Shown piece after piece: positions 10,501-19,948 of a stretch of 64,000 nucleotides of DNA. Where the stretch lies: the NCBI GenBank assembly GCA_965263355.1, contig CBDHHL010000032.1:3008001-3072000 (forward strand). Reading direction: 5' to 3'. The DNA is from Leptolyngbyaceae cyanobacterium. Its GTDB lineage: Bacteria > Cyanobacteriota > Cyanobacteriia > Phormidesmidales > Phormidesmidaceae. A model generated the notes under the pieces. That model was not told where the DNA came from. It ran no database searches and was given only the letters and a program-made list of their open reading frames with translations. The first letter of the stretch is position 1; each line of letters opens with the position of its first letter. The translations under genes and the position numbers were made by a program.

Positions 10501-12939
10501 GTGGCTAATAGGATTGATAACGTCAAAAATAATAGTACCGATGATAAGCTAGCTGCTGCTGTTGCCGAGCTTACTAAGCAAAAACTACCGAAGCCATTGT
10601 ATAAAACTTTTTTGTTTTGGTTGACGCTTTTGGTGGGGGCGAGTTTAGCTGGTTCTGCTACCCGTGCTTATCGCTTTTGGCAAGAGGCCGATGCTAATTT
10701 ACCCGATGTGTCCACAGCATTAACTTTTGAGCGCACAGGGACAATTACTATCAAGGCTGATGATGGGAGTGTGCTCCAGAAAATTGGACCAGCAACTCAG
10801 GAATATCTGGAATACGACGATATTCCAGATACCTTGATTCAAGGATTTATTGCATCGGAAGATCGTCGATTTTACGAGCATAAGGGGATTGACTATAAAG
10901 GTATTGCACGAGCTATTAACTCGAACCTGCGCAACCGTGACCTAGTAGAGGGGGCGAGTACTATTACTCAGCAGTTGGCTCGGATTGTTTTCCTGGACCA
11001 GGATAGAAGTTTTCAGCGTAAGTTTCGAGAGGCTTTGCTAGCTAACAAACTGGAAGAGGAGTTGGGAAAGGAACAAATCCTTGAGCGCTACTTAAATCTT
11101 GTGTATCTGGGTGCAGGTGCTTATGGGGTAGCTGATGCGGCCTGGATTTACTTTGGTAAATCAGTCGAAGAACTGACTGTATCGGAGATTGCTTTAATTG
11201 CAGGGATGGCTCCAGCTCCAAGTGTGTATTCTCCACTGGTGGATGAAGCTGCAGCCCGTCAGCAGCGAGATAAGGTGATTAGCCGGATGCTGGAAAATGG
11301 CGTGATTTCTCAGGCCCAGGCTGACACTGCTTATCAAAGTGAGGTAGCGACAACGCCCAATGAACCGAAATTTTTGTATAGTGAATTTCCCTATTTCACT
11401 ATATACGTGCAAAAGCAGTTGCCTCAGCTGATTTCGGAAGACAAGATTGAAGCGGGTGGTCTTGTGGTAGAAACTAGTTTAAAACCCAAGTGGCAACGGT
11501 CGGCTGAAACTACCCTGGAAGAAGTTCTGGAAGAATATGGTGGTTGGCAGGGATTTGAGCAAGGCTCAATTGTTGCTATGAATCCTAAAACTGGTCAGGT
11601 CCACGCCATGGTGGGGGGGACTGATTTTGAGGAAAGCCAGTTTAATCGGGTAACTCAGGCTCAGCGTCAGCCTGGGTCGACTTTTAAGGCATTTGTTTAT
11701 AGTACTGCGATCGCAAGCGGTATCTCTCCCTACAAGGGTTATGTGGATGCACGCTACGTTGTCGATGGCTATGAGCCTGAAAATTATGGCAAAAGCTACA
11801 GCGGTAATGTTGAGCTACGTCGAGCTCTGGCATCGTCTATCAATATTGTTGCTGTTAAAGTTCTGGTAGAAGTTGGTTTTGAGCCAGTGATTGCCATGGC
11901 TAAACGCATGGGTATTAAGTCAGATTTATTGGCTGCTTACTCATTGGCCTTGGGCTCCTCGGAAGTGAATCTGCTGGAACTGACCAATGCTTATGGCTCT
12001 CTGGCAGCTAAGGGTAAGCATGTTGAAGCCCATGGTATTGAGCGCATTACAACGCGTTCAGGTGAAGTCCTCTATGAGTTTGAAGATGAACCTAAGCAGG
12101 CCCTAGATCCAGACTCGGCGGCTATTATGGCCTGGATGATGCGTAGCGTTGTTGAGGGTGGCACTGGTAGCAATGCTTATATTAGTGGTCGTCAAATAGC
12201 GGGTAAAACCGGTACCTCTGAGAAAAACAGAGACCTTTGGTTTATTGGTTTTACACCTCAGCTTGTGGTTGGTGTTTGGTTTGGGAATGACGATAGTAGC
12301 CCAACACGGGGTGCGAGTAGTACAGCTGCCTATGCATGGCGTAAGTTTGTTGCCCAATTTATTGAAGATCTCCCTGTCGAAAAATTTCCTGAACTACCAC
12401 GGTTGTCTGGTCGTAAGGGGTCCATCGAAGCAAAACCTGTAAAACCAGGCAAAGTTACGGCAGAAAAGGCAGGCCGAAATTCTACCAGAGAGTCCTCTCA
12501 GCCGCAGTCACAGCCATGGCGTTCGGAACCAGCTGCGGCTCCGGACCCAGCACCGGTAGCGTCTCCTAGACCAGCTGCCGCACCTAGACCTAGGACATCA
12601 CAGCCTAGCCAACCTGCGCCAGCTCCATCTGGTGGTGGTCCAGCTACTGCTCCGGCACCAGCACCAGTTCCATCGACACCGGCTCCTACGCCAGAGGTGA
12701 TCTCTGCTCCCGCTCCTGCAGAGCCTGCGCCAGTTCCCGACATCCCAGCGTCGGTTCCCGAACCAGCTCCAGCGGCCCCGGCTCCAGCGGCCCCGGCTCC
12801 AGTAGCCCCAGCTCCAGCGGCCCCGGCTCCAGTAGCCCCAGCTCCAGTAGCCCCAGCTCCAGTAGCCCCAGCTCCAGCGGCCCCGGCTCCAGTAGCCCCG
12901 GCTCCCGCTCCAATAGATTCAGCACCTCCTGCAGAGTAA
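10501..12939 (+). CDS. Class A penicillin-binding protein (PBP1A-type transglycosylase/transpeptidase) with Pro/Ala-rich tail
   Basis: Transglycosylase motifs EDRRFYEH.G and GASTITQQLAR; transpeptidase motifs GSTFK, SIN and KTGT. Confidence 0.92.
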   Translation: MANRIDNVKNNSTDDKLAAAVAELTKQKLPKPLYKTFLFWLTLLVGASLAGSATRAYRFWQEADANLPDVSTALTFERTGTITIKADDGSVLQKIGPATQEYLEYDDIPDTLIQGFIASEDRRFYEHKGIDYKGIARAINSNLRNRDLVEGASTITQQLARIVFLDQDRSFQRKFREALLANKLEEELGKEQILERYLNLVYLGAGAYGVADAAWIYFGKSVEELTVSEIALIAGMAPAPSVYSPLVDEAAARQQRDKVISRMLENGVISQAQADTAYQSEVATTPNEPKFLYSEFPYFTIYVQKQLPQLISEDKIEAGGLVVETSLKPKWQRSAETTLEEVLEEYGGWQGFEQGSIVAMNPKTGQVHAMVGGTDFEESQFNRVTQAQRQPGSTFKAFVYSTAIASGISPYKGYVDARYVVDGYEPENYGKSYSGNVELRRALASSINIVAVKVLVEVGFEPVIAMAKRMGIKSDLLAAYSLALGSSEVNLLELTNAYGSLAAKGKHVEAHGIERITTRSGEVLYEFEDEPKQALDPDSAAIMAWMMRSVVEGGTGSNAYISGRQIAGKTGTSEKNRDLWFIGFTPQLVVGVWFGNDDSSPTRGASSTAAYAWRKFVAQFIEDLPVEKFPELPRLSGRKGSIEAKPVKPGKVTAEKAGRNSTRESSQPQSQPWRSEPAAAPDPAPVASPRPAAAPRPRTSQPSQPAPAPSGGGPATAPAPAPVPSTPAPTPEVISAPAPAEPAPVPDIPASVPEPAPAAPAPAAPAPVAPAPAAPAPVAPAPVAPAPVAPAPAAPAPVAPAPAPIDSAPPAE
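12763..12905 (+). repeat. 15-bp coding VNTR, 9 full units plus a partial unit
   Basis: ccRgctccagYRgcc x9 (12763-12897), encoding PAPAA/PAPVA. Confidence 0.95.
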
Positions 12940-13010
12940 AAGGTAAGTAACTAAGGTAAAGTATTGTAAACGCTCTCAAGCGAGTGCATTAGAAGAGGAT
13001 TGGCCTGTTT

Positions 13011-13229
13011 ATGGTGTTTTTAATTGGGGAGGCAGGTACATCAGGTATACCTATGTACTACTTTCAAGTTGTCTACGTTGTCGGATTTATAGCGGCGGTA
13101 GGGATTGGTTCCCTGGCTTGGTACAACTCTAAGCGACCACCTGGCTGGGAAGATTCAGCTCGTCCTGATTTGGTGCCCGATGTTGAGGCTAAGGATGAAG
13201 ATAAGAGCCAAGCTGTCGATAAAGGCTAG
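13011..13229 (+). CDS. psb35: Small single-TM protein, likely photosystem II assembly protein Psb35
   Basis: VYVVGFIAAVGIGSLAWYNSKRPPGWE motif, recognised from memory as the Psb35 family. AGGA upstream. Confidence 0.6.
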   Translation: MVFLIGEAGTSGIPMYYFQVVYVVGFIAAVGIGSLAWYNSKRPPGWEDSARPDLVPDVEAKDEDKSQAVDKG

Positions 13230-13364
13230 TGGCCTGCCTGTCAAGACTAAGATTTGGGATCGGGTATGTAAAGAGTAACCAGGATGAAGAGTCACTCTTT
13301 ACCCTCTACTCTTGATCAATACAGACTCCCAATTTTTAGCTTTGACGATGCATTAGTTGAGTGG

Positions 13365-13565
13365 TTAGTCGATTACCCGTAAGCGGCCTTGGTTAATGGC
13401 CTCAAAGATTTCTTGGACCTGTGCCTGTTCGTGACTGTTAAGCTGACTTTTACCTAGCAGACATGCCATGAGTGTTTGCTGAGTCTCCCGGTTGAGACGA
13501 CGACGGGTCAAAATCATTTGCATGAGACTTTCTAAAGATTGAGTTGTAGGGGTGCGGTTTAGCAT
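13365..13565 (-). CDS. Small hypothetical protein
   Basis: 66-aa ATG-started ORF ending IFEAINQGRLRVID, a pattern typical of small cyanobacterial hypothetical proteins. Confidence 0.6.
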   Translation of the reverse strand: MLNRTPTTQSLESLMQMILTRRRLNRETQQTLMACLLGKSQLNSHEQAQVQEIFEAINQGRLRVID

Positions 13566-13780
13566 GGCATTGGTTCCAGGGACAACTACAGGATGTTAGT
13601 CATAAAGTCATTGAAGAGAGCTTTTATGTCTACTCCTAATATGTTGTCTGGGCATGGTTTTGGCCGTGACTTTTAGAGCCCAAATTTGTGATCTTTCGCA
13701 CCTTTTTGAGTGATTTGATTTGGCTATGACGAGACTATATTCGCCTGCGGAAAACCTGCAAGTTTTAATGTAAACGTGTT

Positions 13781-14590
13781 TTACGTGCGATCGCTTTTCC
13801 AGCGAAAATATTCTGAAAGAGCCGCAATCAGTCCTGAGGCCAAAATTAGCAAGACACTGAGGGCATTGATATCGGGTTTGATGCCTGTTTTAACACGGCT
13901 GAAAATTTCGATCGGTAGGGGATTTGCCCCCCCTGCCGTAAAGCTAGAGATGAGCAAATCGTCCATGCTCAGCACAAATGCCAATAAACAGCCTGACAAG
14001 ATCGCAGGTGTTAGTTGGGGAATCAGGACTTTAATAAGGGCTTGGGTAGGTGTAGCACCCAAATCGAGGGCAGCCTCTTCCAGGTTGGGGTCTAATCCCT
14101 GTAAACGACTGGAGACAACAATTGCAATGTAAGCCAGGCAAAATACCATATGGGCAGCAATTGCTGTCCATATGCTAAGGGGAATGGCCACAGATGCTAG
14201 GAAGACCAAGGTTGCTACTGCGATCGCAATATCTGGAATAATCAGTGGTAGGTAGGAAATCCCAACGTAGAGCGATTTACCTGGAAACCGATATTTAGAT
14301 AACCCCACAGCCATCAAAGTGCCTAGCACTGACGAGACGGCAACGGCGCAGAGAGCAATTTTCAGGCTGTCACCCAGGGCAAGAAACAGCCGCTCGTCAC
14401 CCATTAATTTACGATACCAGGTGAGGCTAAATCCCTTCCAAACAGCGCCGTAGCGTGACTCGTTAAAGCTGTAAATCCCCAAAATGACAATGGGAATATA
14501 CATAAAGCTGTACATGGCTAGAGTTAACAGCCCTTGCCATGAAGGGAGTTGCCGTTTGCCTTGATGATGGTTGGATGCAGCAGGTTTCAT
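13781..14590 (-). CDS. potC: Spermidine/putrescine ABC transporter permease
   Basis: YSFN...W.GFSL.WY, EEAALDLGA (EAA loop), LSMDD. Last gene of the pot operon. Confidence 0.9.
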   Translation of the reverse strand: MKPAASNHHQGKRQLPSWQGLLTLAMYSFMYIPIVILGIYSFNESRYGAVWKGFSLTWYRKLMGDERLFLALGDSLKIALCAVAVSSVLGTLMAVGLSKYRFPGKSLYVGISYLPLIIPDIAIAVATLVFLASVAIPLSIWTAIAAHMVFCLAYIAIVVSSRLQGLDPNLEEAALDLGATPTQALIKVLIPQLTPAILSGCLLAFVLSMDDLLISSFTAGGANPLPIEIFSRVKTGIKPDINALSVLLILASGLIAALSEYFRWKSDRT

Positions 14591-15504
14591 GAATAAATCT
14601 CAGGGTTGCGATCACCATATTTGAGTAAAAGTGCGATCGCTAAGCTCACCATCAAAATCAGCACCATACTCAATGAAGAGCCAAATCCCCAATTACGAGC
14701 AACTCCCAGGAACTGATTGTAGATTAGGCGAGAGATTGTCATGCTGTTAGGCCCGCCTAATAGTGTAGGCACCACAAAATCCCCAAGGCTAGTCACAAAT
14801 ACCAACAGGCAACCTGCGGCAATTCCAGGCATGGTTTGGGGGACCGTAACTCGCCAAAATGCAACCTGTGGATTTGCACCTAAATCGGCCGCTGCCTCTA
14901 GTAGCTGCAAATCTAACCGCTCCAGAGAGGCGTACAAAATCAGCACCATATAGGGTAAAAAGCTATAGGTCATGCCGATGTAAACGGCCCAGGGTGTATT
15001 CATTAAGTTTTGGGTCGGTAACCCTAGGCTACTCAAAACTAGGTTGATTACCCCAGAAGATCTCAGTAACGTAATCCAGGCATAGGTCCGCAGCAGTGAC
15101 GATGTCCATAGAGGCAGGATGAACAGGACTAAGAGAAGATTACGCCATTGCTTCGGGGCCATTAGGGCTAACCAGTAGGCCACTGGAAAACCACAGACTA
15201 AGCAAAGCAGAGTGGTCCCTGTTGCAAACGTAGCTGATCGTCTTAAAACCTGCAGATAGGTAGGTTCTAAGATTCTGATGTAATTAAGTAAGCCATAGCC
15301 TTCAATGGGTTGACCTGGTTTTAAGCCAGGTACCAAACTCAACTCGCCAATTAGTAATGTGGGCAGCACCATCAACAGCAGTAGCCACATTCCTGCGGGA
15401 CCCAATAGCCCAATTGGCCTAAAACTAGCCCTTAACGTCTGCCAAACAGTAGCTAAATCAAAGGTTTGTGATAGCGCTGTCGTTGGCCTGATACCTTTAT
15501 CCAT
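14587..15504 (-). CDS. potB: Spermidine/putrescine ABC transporter permease
   Basis: LPLWTSSLLRTYAW, EAAADLGA, GDFVVPTLLGG and RNWGFGS motifs. The ATG at 15504 lies just after the potD stop. Confidence 0.9.
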   Translation of the reverse strand: MDKGIRPTTALSQTFDLATVWQTLRASFRPIGLLGPAGMWLLLLMVLPTLLIGELSLVPGLKPGQPIEGYGLLNYIRILEPTYLQVLRRSATFATGTTLLCLVCGFPVAYWLALMAPKQWRNLLLVLFILPLWTSSLLRTYAWITLLRSSGVINLVLSSLGLPTQNLMNTPWAVYIGMTYSFLPYMVLILYASLERLDLQLLEAAADLGANPQVAFWRVTVPQTMPGIAAGCLLVFVTSLGDFVVPTLLGGPNSMTISRLIYNQFLGVARNWGFGSSLSMVLILMVSLAIALLLKYGDRNPEIYS

Positions 15505-15508
15505 GGCC

Positions 15509-16654
15509 CTATGCGCTGGTAACCTTGGTCCAATACTCGTCATATAGAGCATTGGCTTCACCGACAGGTGCAATGCCTTCGCACTTAGCCAGTAGATCCT
15601 CTGGAGGGAACAAGTTCTTATTGTCCAATAGCTCTTGGGAGAGCATGGTCATGGCTTCGCCATTGGGTGTGGCAAAGTAAAGACGCTCTACTGTGTCTTT
15701 AGATACCTTCGGCTGTAGGTTGAAATTAATCCACTCGTAGGCTGCGTCCACATTTGGAGCAGTTGTGGGAATAACTATGGTGTCTGTCCAAACTGAGGAG
15801 CCACTTTCTGGAATTACATACTTAAAAGTAGGATTCTCCAGACTAACTGGGATACCTTCCACTGAATAGACCATAGACAGTAGTAAATCCCCACTAAGCA
15901 GTTCGTCTTGCCAGCCAAAGGACTTAAAGGAGGCTAAAGCAGGCTTGAGGTCTAGCAGGCGTTGGTAGGCTTCTTCTAGCTGAGCAGGGTCAGTTGCATT
16001 GTAGGAATAACCCAAGGAGCTAAGGACCGCCCCCATGGTTTCGCGTACATCGTCGAGCATAGTCATTTTGCGCGACAGCACATCCTTATTATCCCAAAGA
16101 TAGTTCCAGTCGGTGGGTGTTGTGGTCAGTACTTCAGAGTTATACAGTAGCCCTGTGGTTCCCCAGCTGTAGGGAATGCTATGGGTATTGTCAGAATCAT
16201 ACACAGGGCTCTTCCACTTCTCACGAATTTTGTCTAAGCCCACGAGCCGGGACTTATCTAATTTAGTGAGCATGTCTAGACCGATCATCTCTGTGACCAT
16301 ATAGTCTGACGGATAAAGCAAACTATAGTTGGCACCACCACCAGCCTGCATCTTAGCTAACATCGTTTCGTTGGAGTCATAGACGTCGATTTTGACGTCT
16401 ATGCCAGTGGCTTCAGTGAACTGTGCGGCCAGCTCATCGTCTGTATAATCAGCCCATGTATAGATGTGCAGTGTTCCAGACGCTGAGGCTGGGTCAGACG
16501 ATGAGTCGGTCGTCGGTGTAGTTTCTGTTTCGCCAATTGTGCGACGACAGTTTGACAGGCCAATTCCAGCTAGAGCTGCTGCGGAGCCTTGTAAAAAACG
16601 GCGACGAGACGTACGCGACAATAATGATGAATGGCGGGATAGTAGGCGGGGCAC
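15509..16654 (-). CDS. potD: Polyamine ABC transporter substrate-binding lipoprotein (Tat signal)
   Basis: SRRRFLQ twin-arginine motif and lipobox GLSNC; YTWADY, YDSNE, PSDYMV and PYSWGTTGL motifs. Confidence 0.9.
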   Translation of the reverse strand: MPRLLSRHSSLLSRTSRRRFLQGSAAALAGIGLSNCRRTIGETETTPTTDSSSDPASASGTLHIYTWADYTDDELAAQFTEATGIDVKIDVYDSNETMLAKMQAGGGANYSLLYPSDYMVTEMIGLDMLTKLDKSRLVGLDKIREKWKSPVYDSDNTHSIPYSWGTTGLLYNSEVLTTTPTDWNYLWDNKDVLSRKMTMLDDVRETMGAVLSSLGYSYNATDPAQLEEAYQRLLDLKPALASFKSFGWQDELLSGDLLLSMVYSVEGIPVSLENPTFKYVIPESGSSVWTDTIVIPTTAPNVDAAYEWINFNLQPKVSKDTVERLYFATPNGEAMTMLSQELLDNKNLFPPEDLLAKCEGIAPVGEANALYDEYWTKVTSA

Positions 16655-16807
16655 AGTTTTTCTCCTCTAAGCAGACACCATGAATACTTTAGAACCACTT
16701 TCTGACCTTAGGCTATTGGGAAATAGGAATTTGTTCATGCAGATCCTTATTGGTATCGGGGTGAACTGGATGTCAGGCGTGGGTTGGTTAGTGAGATAGT
16801 CTTTGGA

Positions 16808-17941
16808 TTAAGGGAGGCCATGGTTGATCAGGACTTGACAAGCAGGGGCCGACCATGATACCTGAACCGGGGTACCTGGTTGATAAGTTGCATGGTTTGG
16901 TTGCAAAACGCGCAACTGTTCCCCTGTGGTCAATTCAATAATGCAGTGGATGTGTGGTCCTGTATATAGGGTGTGTTTAACTTCGCCTGGATAGCAGTTT
17001 TCATGTTTGGCTGGCGTTGCTACCTCGGCCTGAGTACTGAGATGAATATTTTCAGGGCGAATACTAATATCTATTGAGGTTTGTTCATTGAGCTGATGTA
17101 GTTCAGCAGGTGAAAGTGAGATTGCTACCTGTAGCCCTTGCTCAGTAACTAACGCTAAAGGTTGCTGCTGAATTTTCCCTGACAGTAAATTTGTATCGCC
17201 AATAAAGTCAGCTACAAAAGCAGTGGTTGGATGCTCATAGATTTCATGGGGAGCCCCAACTTGTTCGATGTAGCCATCTTTCATAACAGCAATGCGATCA
17301 GACAAGGAAAGAGCTTCTTCTTGATCATGGGTCACCATAATGAAAGTAATGCCAAGACGCTTGTGCAGATTGGAAAGTTCAACTTGCATCTGTTTGCGTA
17401 ACTTTAGATCTAGTGCTCCTAACGGTTCATCTAGCAGCATGACCGCTGGTCGATTGACTAGGGCTCGCGCTAAAGCTACGCGCTGTCTCTGACCACCCGA
17501 TAGCTGATTAGGAAACCGCTTGGCAAAGCTTTCCATCTGTACTAAGGTAAGGGCTTCTCCAACCTGTTGCCGCAATTTAGCCTTAGGAATTTTTTTTATC
17601 TTCAGACCAAAGGCTACGTTATTCCATACGCTCATGTGGTTAAACAGGGCATAGCTTTGAAAGACCGTATTCACTGAGCGTCGATGAGCAGGTACACCAT
17701 TCATGCACTGCCCTTGAATCATTAACTCGCCGGAAGTGAGCGTTTCAAAACCTGCAATCATGCGGAGTGTGGTGGTTTTGCCGCAGCCGGATGGCCCTAG
17801 GATGCTGAAAAATTCACCCTGCTGAATTTGTAAATTTAGCCCCTGGACGGCTGTGTCTTCACCAAAGGTTTTGACGACGTCTTTGAGTTCTACATCCAAT
17901 GCCGCTTTTACGTTTGCTGGCGGAGAGATGGTTTGAGCCAT
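16808..17941 (-). CDS. potA: Spermidine/putrescine ABC transporter ATP-binding protein
   Basis: GPSGCGKTT, NTVFQSYALF, LSGGQRQR, LDEPLGALDLKLR and a C-terminal TOBE region. Confidence 0.92.
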   Translation of the reverse strand: MAQTISPPANVKAALDVELKDVVKTFGEDTAVQGLNLQIQQGEFFSILGPSGCGKTTTLRMIAGFETLTSGELMIQGQCMNGVPAHRRSVNTVFQSYALFNHMSVWNNVAFGLKIKKIPKAKLRQQVGEALTLVQMESFAKRFPNQLSGGQRQRVALARALVNRPAVMLLDEPLGALDLKLRKQMQVELSNLHKRLGITFIMVTHDQEEALSLSDRIAVMKDGYIEQVGAPHEIYEHPTTAFVADFIGDTNLLSGKIQQQPLALVTEQGLQVAISLSPAELHQLNEQTSIDISIRPENIHLSTQAEVATPAKHENCYPGEVKHTLYTGPHIHCIIELTTGEQLRVLQPNHATYQPGTPVQVSWSAPACQVLINHGLP

Positions 17942-18115
17942 AGGATGCAACCCTCGTGATGGTCCATTTGCACTATTTTACGGTCAGGGGCTCAAAATCC
18001 CAATTAATTGAAAGGGACAATTGAAGAGCTACCCTGATCAAGGTTTGGCCTCTAGAATCGTAATATCTACTTTCTAAGCTTGCCCTAAGATTAAAACCTT
18101 TCAACATTTTCAATT

Positions 18116-19936
18116 ATGACCTTTCTCCAATATCCCTCAGCAAAGGTTGAAAAAAAGGGTGGACGTACCGTTGGTCGTCAGTATCAGTCGGTAGTTATGA
18201 TGATTTTTTTGTCTCTAGTGATGCTGGGGGGCATTGGTAGCCGATTGTTTTATTTGCAGCTGGTCAAGGGCGATCGCAACCGTAAGCTGGCCGAAGAAAA
18301 CCGAATTTTACTATTACCCAGACGACCGGCTCGGGGCACGATGTTTGACCGTAAGGGCAAGATTTTGGCAGGGAGCCGATTGTCGCATTCGGTTTCTATC
18401 TGGCCTATTGCCCTACCAGTTGATCAACGTGAGCAGGTGGTGCGGCGGCTAGCAAAGTTACTTGAAATCCCGCCGGATGAGATTCAACAGCGGATCAAAT
18501 CAGCGGGGTATGAGTCGACCCAGTCTATTGCGATCTCCCGTGGTCTCAGTCCAGCCCAAACCACAGCTTTAGCTGAATATGCATCAGAGCTGCCCGGTGT
18601 GCGGGTGGAAGCAGAGGCTATTCGTAATTATCCCAATGGTGATTTGGCTGCCCATGTAATTGGCTACACGGGCGAAATTGATGAAGAAGAATTTGACCAG
18701 ATGCAGAACGATGGTCAAGACTATCGCCTGGGGGATATTATCGGCAAAATGGGCTCAGAAAAGTCCTTTGAGTCTTTGTTGCGTGGAGTATGGGGAGGGC
18801 AGCAGGTAGAGGTTGATAGCTCAGGGAATGTGCTCAGCATTATGGGGGAAAAACCCCCGGAAGCGGGTCAAAATATTCGCCTAACGTTAGACTTAGAGTT
18901 GCAAAAAGCTTCTGAGAAGGCTTTAGGGGACAAGATAGGGGCCATTGTTGCCATGGACCCGAATGATGGAGCTATCTTAGCGATGGTCAGTCGCCCCACC
19001 TTTGACCCGAATATTTTTTCTACCCGAATTACCCAGGCTCAGTGGGAGCAACTCAACAGTCGGGGGAACCCATTTTTAAACCGGGCTCTACAAGCCTATC
19101 CACCGGCTAGTACCTTCAAGATTATTACGACTACTGCTGGGATTGAATCAGGGACATTTCCTGCCAATACCGTTTTGCCCACTTACCCTAACATCAATGC
19201 TGGGGGCATTTTATTTTGGGATTGGAATAATGCTGGCTTTGGTCCCCTAGGGTTTGCTGGCGCACTGCAGTGGAGTAGCGATACCTTCTTTTATCAAGTG
19301 GGTATGCGCATGGGCCATGAACCCTTGATTCACTGGATGCGTGAGTATGGGTTGGGGGCAAAAACAGGGATTGAATTAGTGACAGAGGAATCACCTGGTT
19401 TGGTCCCAGATGATGCCTGGAAACAGGAAATGTTTGATGAAGAGTGGTATCTCGGTGACACCATTAATATGACCATTGGCCAAGGCTACATGCAGGTAAC
19501 GCCGCTCCAAACGGCTGTGATGTTTGCAGTGGCTGCCAATGGTGGTTATCGAGTAAAACCTCATCTTTTGCTAGAAGGGGCTGAATCTAAACAGTGGAGA
19601 GAATCTTTAGGCATGCAGCCTAGTACGATTAAGGTGATTCAGGATGGCTTGCGCAAGGTGGTGACCAGTGGGACAGGTACCCGGCTCAATGTACCTACAA
19701 TTCCTACACCTGCGGGGAAAAGCGGCACGGCAGAAGCGCCCCCCTATGAAAATCACACTTGGTTTGGAGCCTATGCACCCTTTGAGAAGCCTGAGATTTT
19801 AGTAGTAGCGTTTGGTGAACACTCTGGCGGTGGTGGTGGTTCTTTTGCAGCCCCCATGGTTAAACAAGTATTGGAAGTCTATTTCAATGGGCCACCAAAG
19901 AAAAAGGATAAGAACGCTCAGCCTGCGGCGGAATGA
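18116..19936 (+). CDS. mrdA: Penicillin-binding protein 2 (class B)
   Basis: N-terminal TM, RG.MFDRKG, R.YP.G..AAHVIGY; SxxK (STFK), SSD and KSGT motifs. Confidence 0.92.
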   Translation: MTFLQYPSAKVEKKGGRTVGRQYQSVVMMIFLSLVMLGGIGSRLFYLQLVKGDRNRKLAEENRILLLPRRPARGTMFDRKGKILAGSRLSHSVSIWPIALPVDQREQVVRRLAKLLEIPPDEIQQRIKSAGYESTQSIAISRGLSPAQTTALAEYASELPGVRVEAEAIRNYPNGDLAAHVIGYTGEIDEEEFDQMQNDGQDYRLGDIIGKMGSEKSFESLLRGVWGGQQVEVDSSGNVLSIMGEKPPEAGQNIRLTLDLELQKASEKALGDKIGAIVAMDPNDGAILAMVSRPTFDPNIFSTRITQAQWEQLNSRGNPFLNRALQAYPPASTFKIITTTAGIESGTFPANTVLPTYPNINAGGILFWDWNNAGFGPLGFAGALQWSSDTFFYQVGMRMGHEPLIHWMREYGLGAKTGIELVTEESPGLVPDDAWKQEMFDEEWYLGDTINMTIGQGYMQVTPLQTAVMFAVAANGGYRVKPHLLLEGAESKQWRESLGMQPSTIKVIQDGLRKVVTSGTGTRLNVPTIPTPAGKSGTAEAPPYENHTWFGAYAPFEKPEILVVAFGEHSGGGGGSFAAPMVKQVLEVYFNGPPKKKDKNAQPAAE

Positions 19937-19948
19937 TGCCATTACTGT

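Noticed and set aside
12498..12979. Antisense ORFs with LEPGP/LELGL or GA repeats
   Set aside because: These are shadows of the PBP1A VNTR on the opposite strand.
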